Assembly (NCBI GenBank): GCA_045660325.1
Contig: JAZRDO010000019.1
Span: 496-64,495, forward strand
Length of the DNA stretch: 64,000 nt
Source of the DNA: Eubacteriales bacterium
Lineage (GTDB): Bacteria; Bacillota; Clostridia; Oscillospirales; CAG-272
Direction: 5' to 3'
The translations under genes were made by a program, and so were the position numbers. Below the pieces are notes generated by a model. That model was not told the origin of the DNA. It searched no databases and saw only the letters and a program-made list of their open reading frames with translations. Shown here in pieces: positions 8,116 to 15,046 of this stretch (position 1 is its first letter; each line of letters begins with the position of its first letter).

Positions 8116-8155
8116 AAACAAAAGAGAGGAACTTTGTTCCTCTCTTTTTGTTTTG
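8116..8155. terminator. bidirectional terminator T4
   Basis: AGAGAGGAAC-TTT-GTTCCTCTCT hairpin with flanking A- and T-tracts. Confidence 0.85.
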
Positions 8156-8171
8156 CTTGAGACCGCTAGAT

Positions 8172-8295
8172 GATGAACCCCCGCAAACACTTGTGTTTGC
8201 TTGTTTGCGGCTCGATTACTTTAATTTATTATATGCTTTGCCGCAAACATAGGTTCAGAATCCCTGTGCGCCTACGGCTTGCAACGGTTCAAATC
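8172..8295. repeat. chimeric Gln/Arg junction unit (A4 on plus, B2 on minus)
   Basis: GATGAACCCCC, then hairpin GCAAACAC-TT-GTGTTTGC, then helix GTTTGCGG(8203-8210)/CCGCAAAC(8241-8248). This is followed by AGGTTCAGAATCCCTGTGCGCC and then TGCAACGGTTCAAATC, which is the Arg T-arm sequence in plus orientation. Confidence 0.8.
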
Positions 8296-8307
8296 ATAAA
8301 GGATAAA

Positions 8308-8345
8308 CCAAAAAGATGCGAGGGGTATTCCCCTCGCATTTTTTA
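8308..8345. terminator. bidirectional terminator T5
   Basis: ATGCGAGGGG-TATT-CCCCTCGCAT hairpin with flanking A- and T-tracts. Confidence 0.85.
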
Positions 8346-8543
8346 GCCTGCCCGAACGGATTTATGTTCGCCGCGTCAACTTCCGTTGACATCAAATGCG
8401 ACGAACGTTGAGAATGCACGCATTCTCACGTGTGCGCGGATGTCTAACACCGACATCCGCTACACAGTTTTGCGGTAAGGTATATCTATTCCAAAGCACT
8501 TCAAACCGCAAAACAGCACCCTTCGGGTGCAACGGTTCAAATC
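8346..8543 (-). repeat. tRNA-Arg-linked structured repeat unit B1
   Basis: On the minus strand it starts GATTTGAACCGTT, the reverse complement of the tRNA-Arg T-arm. It contains hairpin GCACCC-GAA-GGGTGC, a helix GTTTTGCGG/CCGCAAAAC, and three further hairpins. It ends in 18 nt (AAATCCGTTCGGGCAGGC) identical to the tRNA-Arg 3' end. Confidence 0.85.
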
Positions 8544-8554
8544 GTAAAGAATAA

Positions 8555-8595
8555 ACGAAAACAACAACAGGGGGCTTTGCCCCCTGTTGTTGTTT
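8555..8595. terminator. bidirectional terminator T6 (terminates tRNA-Arg)
   Basis: ACAACAACAGGGGGC-TTT-GCCCCCTGTTGTTGT, a 15-bp stem with flanking A- and T-tracts. Confidence 0.85.
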
Positions 8596-8672
8596 TGGCC
8601 TGCCCGAACGGATTTGAACCGTTGACCTTTAGAGTCGGAGTCTAACGCCCTATCCAGCTGTGCCACGGGCAG
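8596..8672 (-). tRNA. tRNA-Arg (anticodon CCG), CCA encoded
   Basis: Minus-strand acceptor CTGCCCG/CGGGCAG, D-loop AGCTGGATAG, anticodon arm TTAGA-CTCCGAC-TCTAA, T-arm AACGG-TTCAAAT-CCGTT, then G plus CCA. Confidence 0.9.
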
Positions 8673-8685
8673 ATATTACCTATAT

Positions 8686-8714
8686 ATTTTACCACAAAGA
8701 AAAGTATTTTTCAA
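8686..8714 (-). promoter_or_regulatory. sigma-A promoter of tRNA-Arg
   Basis: Minus strand reads TTGAAA, 17-nt spacer, TAAAAT, with a TG two nt upstream of the -10 element. Confidence 0.7.
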
Positions 8715-8744
8715 TAATTTTTTGCCGATAAAATCAAATAATTC

Positions 8745-8773
8745 AAAAACACCCCCGCGGATAACCGCGGGGG
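8745..8773 (-). terminator. terminator of the 460-aa lipoprotein gene
   Basis: CCCCCGCGG-ATAA-CCGCGGGGG hairpin followed by a T-run on the minus strand. Confidence 0.8.
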
Positions 8774-8793
8774 ATAACAGTTAATATTAAATA

Positions 8794-10176
8794 TTAGCCT
8801 GCTGTTGTAAGTGTAAGGTCTGTATCGTTAGCAACAACTTCGATTGTGAAGTCCTTAATACAGTACTTTTCACCTGTTGCATTGTTGATCATGAAGAGGT
8901 GAACTACGTCGCCGCTCTGAAGATCGGATGCGCCGAGCCAATACTTATAAATGGAAGCACCGGGAAGATTAGCGCCTGCAATCGCACCGCCGATACCGGG
9001 GTTAACGTGATGGTCAACTGCTGTACCGTTAACGGTCTTCATAAACTCACCGTTTCTGTAAACCTCGCCGCTGAAGGAAACGTTGGTGTAATCAAGTCCC
9101 TGGCCATAAAGTGCGCTGAAGCCTACCCAACCTTCAATTGTGAAGATGTGATCAGCAACCTCAATATCCTTCTGGAGAATTCTGAGGACCTTATTCCATG
9201 TATATGTAGGTGTGTTGTTACCGATGGAGTCACCGATTACAGAGCCTCTGTTCCAAACTCTAAGTCTGTCAGATCTACCTGCAGCGTCTGTAAGGTTGTG
9301 AGAGGACTTACATGTGTCGAAGGATACAATGTAAATGGGGTTCTGAGAATCCTGCATTGTAACGTGACCGAATTCATCTCTATCAGCTACGTAGATCTCG
9401 TCGCCTACGCAAACTGCTTCCATCTTGAAGATAGTCTGAACGTCGCCTTCAAGGTTCTTTCTACCGAACCATACAGTTACGTATTCTTCATCCTCGTATT
9501 CATCAAGGCTGATAGTAACGTCGTAGTTAGCGTTGAAGGGATTAAGATTCTTGATCTGAGCGATCTTAGCGAAGGGCTCCATAGCCGCATAATCCTGATC
9601 GGAGTAAGATGCCTTAGTAACCGCCTTCCATGTTGCGCCGTAGTCATCGGACCAAACCATATCGCCCTGACCACCCTCAAGGATAGCCCAGCCGGAGATG
9701 TTGATGCTTCTGCAGTAGTAGTCAAGCTGACCGTCAGCTACAGGAGGCCAATATACAGCGTTGGGGTTCTGTGTGTTAGGAGAAATTGTGTGGTAACCGT
9801 TAGCGATAGAGAACTTTCTACCGTCCTGACCGAGACCGTTGATAGCTGTCAATGTACCGATGTAAGGAATTGTTTCCTGTACAGGAGGAGGTGTGGGATC
9901 ATCTGTGCCACCACCGCTAGTTGTATCCGATGTTGTATCGGATGTTGTATCGGATGTTGTGTCGGATGTTGTGTCGGATGTTGTATCCGAGGTTGTGTCC
10001 TGAGGAAGGTCACCGGTATTGCCTTCGTCATCTGTATCCTTTGTTGTAGTAGGATCCTCTACGTTCTGAGAGGGATTCTCGGGGTTTGTAGGTGTCTCGC
10101 CGCCACCGTTGTTACAAGCCACGAAAATTACAGTAAACGCAAGAACAAGTGCCAATGCGATAAGTAATTTCTTCAT
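8794..10176 (-). CDS. secreted lipoprotein with (TSDTT)n linker, unknown function
   Basis: Lipobox MKKLLIALALVLAFTVIFVAC. Low-complexity Thr/Ser/Asp/Pro linker followed by a roughly 350-aa globular region. The start is taken as ATG 10176 rather than the upstream TTG. Confidence 0.6.
   Translation of the reverse strand: MKKLLIALALVLAFTVIFVACNNGGGETPTNPENPSQNVEDPTTTKDTDDEGNTGDLPQDTTSDTTSDTTSDTTSDTTSDTTSDTTSGGGTDDPTPPPVQETIPYIGTLTAINGLGQDGRKFSIANGYHTISPNTQNPNAVYWPPVADGQLDYYCRSINISGWAILEGGQGDMVWSDDYGATWKAVTKASYSDQDYAAMEPFAKIAQIKNLNPFNANYDVTISLDEYEDEEYVTVWFGRKNLEGDVQTIFKMEAVCVGDEIYVADRDEFGHVTMQDSQNPIYIVSFDTCKSSHNLTDAAGRSDRLRVWNRGSVIGDSIGNNTPTYTWNKVLRILQKDIEVADHIFTIEGWVGFSALYGQGLDYTNVSFSGEVYRNGEFMKTVNGTAVDHHVNPGIGGAIAGANLPGASIYKYWLGASDLQSGDVVHLFMINNATGEKYCIKDFTIEVVANDTDLTLTTAG
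9920..9999. repeat. tandem 15-bp coding repeat (about 5-6 copies) encoding TSDTT
   Basis: GGATGTTGT(A/G)TC(G/C)-type period visible directly in 9920-9999. Confidence 0.8.
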
Positions 10177-10247
10177 GATTATCAAATCCTTTCAAAATGA
10201 TTTTTCCTTATATGCACAGTAAAAACTTTGCATATTACCTTATGATA

Positions 10248-10276
10248 ATTATAACACACAAAATTCCTTTTTGCAA
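10248..10276 (-). promoter_or_regulatory. sigma-A promoter of the 460-aa lipoprotein gene
   Basis: Minus strand reads TTGCAA, 17-nt spacer, TATAAT. Confidence 0.65.
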
Positions 10277-10323
10277 TTGATAATATATACAAATTTATCA
10301 TTTTTAATTATATATAATAGACA

Positions 10324-10353
10324 AAACAAAAGGCGGGGAGACCCCGCCTTTTG
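10324..10353 (-). terminator. terminator of the 1203-aa surface protein gene
   Basis: GGCGGGG-AGA-CCCCGCC hairpin with flanking A- and T-runs. Confidence 0.8.
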
Positions 10354-10387
10354 CGTTATGTTAATTTGTCAAATTTTGTTTGTCAAA

Positions 10388-13300
10388 TTAGTTCCAGTAC
10401 ATACCGAAGAGAGTATCGTAGTTACCGCCGAGACCCTGCCAGCCTGTAACGATAGCGATGGACTCGATATCGATTGTGATGCCGGGAGCGAATCTAACGA
10501 TCATCATAGAGTGACCTGCGGGAACCTTCCAACCGTCCTGAACGGAGATTGCCCAACCGTTAGCAGATGTACCGATCCAGCCTCTACCACATGCGTTACC
10601 GCCTGCTGCGAGACAACCGCCGCAAGTACCGTAACAAATGTTAACCTGGTTAGCGCTGGGAGAGTGGTTTCTGTACTTCATAAGTACGTAGTTACCTACG
10701 TAATCGTTAGTGTTCCAACCGCCATTGAGGGAGTGAACGCCTGTGAAGAGAAGGAAGAGACGACCACCGTCACCGCCGTTAGCGTTAGCTGTGAGTCTGA
10801 TGTACTCGCCGTTACCGTCGTTGCGGATCTCTGCATCGAAGCCCCAAGCTGCGCCGCCGAGGTTCTTCCAAGATGTGTAGAGCTGCTGAGCATCCCAACG
10901 ACCGTTGCTTACAACACCTGCATCAAGAAGCTCAACGTCCTTGGATGCAAGAACACCACCGTTGATGCCACCGTTGTGAAGCTTAATTGTGTATGTGCCC
11001 TCTGTAGCGAGCTTAGCGAGTTCAGGATTTACAACTGTTACGCCTGTGCCACCGTTAGGAGCGAAGCCTGTGGATGTAGCTGTTGCTGTGTAGTACATAA
11101 CGAGATCGCTGCCCTTATAGAGAGCTACTACGTCAGTTGTGCTTGCTGTAACAGCTGTAACATCAATATTACCGCCAAGACCGATCTTACCGTCAGCATC
11201 ACCGAGGTTAACGCCTACAGTCTGTCTTGTAAGAGTGAATGTGTCAAGGAGAATGATTTCGCCGTTTGTCTGGCTCTTGTAGAATACTTCTACGTTGTAA
11301 GCCTGGTTAAGAGCGAAGTCAGCGGGGAGCAAGTATGCAAAGTCGAACTGTGCTACTGTAGCGTCGATCATTGTCTTTGTGGATCCCCAAGAGATATCGT
11401 AGTTGCCAACCTTGATACCGAGGTTAGCTGCGGGAAGCTCTACGTTAGATGTAAGACGAGCAGCAAGGTTGAGCTGGTAGTCGGAGTCAACGAGAGTTAC
11501 TGTGTTAAGAAGAACGGGGCTTGTGGACTGAGCTGTGAACGCAGGAACTCTGTTACCTACGAGGGTGTTCTCAGCGGAAATACCAACGAATGTGAAGTTG
11601 GAAATTGTAGAACCGTTTTCTTCCTTTGTGATGTAGTTACCGTTGGGGTTAGCAACAGCCATTGCATCAGCATATGTATCGTAGAACTCAATGGGAGCAA
11701 CGTCGAGCCAGTCGCCGTTAGCTGCGCCGATTGCGTTAGCATCGAACATTACCCAGTCAAGAGTCTTGATTGTGGATACGTCGATTGCACCGTTGTTGGA
11801 AAGGTCAACGATGATATATCTCCAAGAGTTATCAAGGATGATGTTGAGCCAGTTAGCGTTGTACTTCTTACCGCCAATGTTCTGTGTACCGTTTACGTTG
11901 AGGTAGAAGTCATAGTTTGCGCCGTAGCCGGAGCCGTTACCTCTGAACTTGATGAGCATGAACTTCTTAACGTTAAGACCTTCAGCGTCATTGAAGAGAG
12001 AAAGTGTGGGCTTAGCTGTACCTGCTGCGAATGTGTAGTGAACGTAGTCACCAACGATTGTAGCGTTTACGTTTGTCTTGTCAGCCATGTTACCAGCAGC
12101 TGCAAGGAAGTTAACGTCGAGCTTGTTGGGGTTAGCCTTTGTAACTACAAGCTTCTTTACGTTGAGAACCTGAACGAGCTCAGTTCTGCCTGTAGCTTCA
12201 TCAACTGCTACTACGCCTGCAATTCTGAGGTCAATTGTCTTGCCCTCGTACTTTGCAAGATCCATAAGGATCACGAAGCTGCCGTCCTCAGCCATTACAG
12301 CCTCATTAGCTGTAAGTGTCTTCCAGGACATACCGCCGTCGAGAGAGTAAACGAGCTTCTGCACGCCGCCTTCAACGACAACCTTACCCTGAAGCTTGAG
12401 CATGAAGTTGTTATAGAATCTACCGTTCCAGTTGATAACTGTAACGCCGTTATTTTCGTTTGTGTTAAGGAACTTACCGGGAGCGCCGTATTCGCCTGTA
12501 CCGTTAATGTTGTCTAATGTTGTTGTGTGGCTTTTGTCAGAGTCTACGTAAACGCTGGGCATTGTGAATTCACCCTTTGTTTCAGCATACTCGATAGCGT
12601 CTGCCTTGTTGTTGAAGAACGCGATGTATTCAACGTCAATAGCGGAGCCCTCTACGAAGCCGTTGAAGAGAACGTACTTAAGTGTATCGATTGCAGCACC
12701 GCCGAGCATATCGTACTCAACGCCGTTGAGGTCGATCTGGTTCTTGCGGAGGTCGATGTTGAGAAGTGTCCACTTGCCAACAGTTGCTTCATTATTATAG
12801 TTGATTACGTTGTCGCCGGATACGCTTGCGAAGAAGTCAACACCGTTGATAACGAACTTACCGTCGCGGTTGCCGCCGAAGTCCTTAAGTGTTGCTGCTG
12901 CACGGTACTTAATGGAGATAACGTCTGCGAAGTTGTCGCCGAGGAATTCAAGATATGCATCAAGAGCCTCTGCTGTGAGTGTTACGTAAGAGCCGTCTTC
13001 GCTTGCTGTTACGTCAACGTTGTTAAAGAGAACCTTTGCATCCTCTTCAGCTGTGAGATCTTCTACTGTGTAGAGGAGCTCGGGAGCCTTCTTAGGAAGA
13101 ACTGTCTCATCTGTTGTGCCACATCTGCCGCAAGTTGCGGATGCCTTACCTTCAGCAGCGAACGTAGGAGCCAATGTCTCAACCCATACGTACTTGTGAC
13201 CGAGAGCGGGAATTACTGCATAGTCAGTACCGTTTGTGTCGCCACATACTGTACATACGCTACCAGCTACGAAGCCGTCCTCTGTACATGTTGCGTCCTT

Positions 13301-13999
13301 AGCAGCAACGTCTGTGTAGTCGTGACCTGTAGCAGCCTTAAGAACTGCATCACAGTCAACGCACACGGAATCTTCAGTACATGTAGCATCACCGGATGCT
13401 GTGTGACCTGTAGCGGGAATTGTGAACTCGCCTGTTACGTCACAGTTTACACAAGTACCGAACTTGATACCGTCAACTGTACATGTAGCGGGCTTAAGAA
13501 TGTTCCATTCGGAGCCTTCAGCAACTGCGTGACCGAGAGCAGGTGTCTCGAGAGTTGCCTTGTCGCCACACTTGGAGCATGTTGCTTCGCTAAGACCTGC
13601 TTCATCACATGTAGGAGCAGTTACTACTACGAAGTCGCCCATTACGCAAGCGCCGTCAGCAGACTTTTCTGTCTTACCGCACTTTGTGCACTCTCTAACG
13701 AGTCTGTCCTTGTCAGAGCAAAGCTTACCGTCAACCTTTGTCCATTCGCCAAAGGAGCAAGCGTCTGCCTTTGTTTCCTTTGCACCGCACTTTGTACAAA
13801 CTCTGTAGAGTCTGTTAGCGTCAGCGCATTCTACGGACGCATCGGTTGACCAATCGCCGTATTCATGTTCGCACTCTGTAGCAGGGGGTGTTACAGGGGC
13901 TGTTGTACCGGGCTCGGGAGTATTGTCGTTACCCTTACAAGCAGCAAAAGTAAGCACCAAAACAAGAGCCAGTACCAAGCAAATAAGTAATTTTTTCAT
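10388..13999 (-). CDS. large secreted lipoprotein: N-terminal Cys-rich repeats plus repeated beta-sandwich-like modules
   Basis: Lipobox MKKLLICLVLALVLVLTFAAC. Repeated modules of the form C-T-x-x-G...C-x-x-CG...(P)A(L/T)GH. The long Asn/Gly/Val-rich C-terminal region resembles carbohydrate-binding or adhesin proteins. Start taken as ATG 13999. Confidence 0.65.
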   Translation of the reverse strand: MKKLLICLVLALVLVLTFAACKGNDNTPEPGTTAPVTPPATECEHEYGDWSTDASVECADANRLYRVCTKCGAKETKADACSFGEWTKVDGKLCSDKDRLVRECTKCGKTEKSADGACVMGDFVVVTAPTCDEAGLSEATCSKCGDKATLETPALGHAVAEGSEWNILKPATCTVDGIKFGTCVNCDVTGEFTIPATGHTASGDATCTEDSVCVDCDAVLKAATGHDYTDVAAKDATCTEDGFVAGSVCTVCGDTNGTDYAVIPALGHKYVWVETLAPTFAAEGKASATCGRCGTTDETVLPKKAPELLYTVEDLTAEEDAKVLFNNVDVTASEDGSYVTLTAEALDAYLEFLGDNFADVISIKYRAAATLKDFGGNRDGKFVINGVDFFASVSGDNVINYNNEATVGKWTLLNIDLRKNQIDLNGVEYDMLGGAAIDTLKYVLFNGFVEGSAIDVEYIAFFNNKADAIEYAETKGEFTMPSVYVDSDKSHTTTLDNINGTGEYGAPGKFLNTNENNGVTVINWNGRFYNNFMLKLQGKVVVEGGVQKLVYSLDGGMSWKTLTANEAVMAEDGSFVILMDLAKYEGKTIDLRIAGVVAVDEATGRTELVQVLNVKKLVVTKANPNKLDVNFLAAAGNMADKTNVNATIVGDYVHYTFAAGTAKPTLSLFNDAEGLNVKKFMLIKFRGNGSGYGANYDFYLNVNGTQNIGGKKYNANWLNIILDNSWRYIIVDLSNNGAIDVSTIKTLDWVMFDANAIGAANGDWLDVAPIEFYDTYADAMAVANPNGNYITKEENGSTISNFTFVGISAENTLVGNRVPAFTAQSTSPVLLNTVTLVDSDYQLNLAARLTSNVELPAANLGIKVGNYDISWGSTKTMIDATVAQFDFAYLLPADFALNQAYNVEVFYKSQTNGEIILLDTFTLTRQTVGVNLGDADGKIGLGGNIDVTAVTASTTDVVALYKGSDLVMYYTATATSTGFAPNGGTGVTVVNPELAKLATEGTYTIKLHNGGINGGVLASKDVELLDAGVVSNGRWDAQQLYTSWKNLGGAAWGFDAEIRNDGNGEYIRLTANANGGDGGRLFLLFTGVHSLNGGWNTNDYVGNYVLMKYRNHSPSANQVNICYGTCGGCLAAGGNACGRGWIGTSANGWAISVQDGWKVPAGHSMMIVRFAPGITIDIESIAIVTGWQGLGGNYDTLFGMYWN

Positions 14000-14064
14000 G
14001 ATTACAAAAAAATCCTTTCTCAAACTTTCTCACAAACGAAAAGTATAGTCTGTGTATTCAGTTT

Positions 14065-14093
14065 ATTATATCACGAAAAATTATTTTTTGCAA
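14065..14093 (-). promoter_or_regulatory. sigma-A promoter of the large surface protein gene
   Basis: Minus strand reads TTGCAA, 17-nt spacer, TATAAT. The geometry matches the promoter at 10248-10276. Confidence 0.65.
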
Positions 14094-14420
14094 TAGGAAA
14101 AGCTAAATTTGTACCGATAATTTCACATTTTTACACTTTATACAAAGACCACCCTTAAATTTTGTGCAAATTCATTTAAATATTGTACACAAGCACAAAC
14201 ATATAAGTTATATTTTGTAATAATATAATAAAAATTTTAAGAAAAACACCTTCAATAAACAGACCGTTATCCGTCAAAAACCGCCAAATCGGGCAGAAAA
14301 CAGCATAAAAATCCCACTTGTTTCAAGCGCACAGCAACGGACCGATTTCGAGGTGGTAATCCGCCCCTCAAGAGCCCCATATTCGCGATACGCGAGGCGT
14401 GAAAGAGACCCGTATCCAAG

Positions 14421-14455
14421 CAAAAAAGCAGGAGAGCTGAAGCTCTCCTGCTTTA
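14421..14455 (-). terminator. terminator after the Toprim/DUF4093 gene
   Basis: GCAGGAGAGC-TGAA-GCTCTCCTGC hairpin followed by TTTTTT on the minus strand. Confidence 0.8.
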
Positions 14456-15046
14456 TTAATCAATTGTTGTGTTATTAACCGCCGATTTATATTCATCCAT
14501 TGTATAAGCGACTTTTATCGCTTCAAGCAACGCGTTAGGTGTCATATCCCTCGGAAGTCCAAGATACTCAGCGACCCTGTTTCTCACCTCGCGGCTGTTC
14601 GCTTTTCCCGTCAAGCCGTCGTTATAAAAGTCAAGCTTGGTAATATTTGCGCCGACAGGCTGCGCATTTCCGTCGGAGTACGGCAAGAGGAGCTCGCGCA
14701 AAACGTCCGCGTCAATTCCCTCGACTCCGAGATAGCCTTCCTTTGAATCCTGCGCCTTTCTCTTTTCCCTGCCCTTTACCTGAGGAGTATAGAGCTGAAT
14801 TATATTTTCCTTCGGAACGGCAGAGCTTATATGTGAACGGATGACCTTACCCGCGCCGTCGCTATCGCAGAGCACTATGATCTTCCCTGCCTCGGCAAGC
14901 TTACGTATGATCGCGAGCTTTTCATTGCTTTTAAAAAGCGAGAAGCCATTCGTAGCGATAACACACGCGTCGGCAATGGAGTCTATTTTAATTTTGTCGT
15001 ACTTACCCTCGACTATTACGGGGTATATGATTTTTAACTTATCCAT
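14456..15046 (-). CDS. Toprim domain protein (RNase M5-like / DUF4093 family)
   Basis: Toprim acidic motifs (VIVEGKYDK and IIVLCDSDGAGKVIR). The C-terminal helical region resembles DUF4093. Confidence 0.7.
   Translation of the reverse strand: MDKLKIIYPVIVEGKYDKIKIDSIADACVIATNGFSLFKSNEKLAIIRKLAEAGKIIVLCDSDGAGKVIRSHISSAVPKENIIQLYTPQVKGREKRKAQDSKEGYLGVEGIDADVLRELLLPYSDGNAQPVGANITKLDFYNDGLTGKANSREVRNRVAEYLGLPRDMTPNALLEAIKVAYTMDEYKSAVNNTTID

Noticed and set aside
7568-8363. The array as classical attL/attR scars of a tyrosine-integrase element inserted in tRNA-Gln or tRNA-Arg.
   Set aside because: No integrase or cargo is present and the supposed elements would be only about 175 bp. Ordinary att duplication also does not explain the inverted T-arm copy at the distal end of each unit. 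It is kept as a possible origin (a miniature non-autonomous element) but not adopted as the call.
7641-8543. Reading the repeat units as additional tRNA genes or pseudogenes on either strand, or as a CRISPR array.
   Set aside because: No unit has a D-arm, an anticodon arm with U33, or a complete T-arm and acceptor pair. The minus-strand GGGGGTTCGAATC pieces lack a 3' stem partner. Units are 120-200 bp with internal helices and terminators rather than 25-40 bp repeats alternating with spacers, and no cas genes are present.
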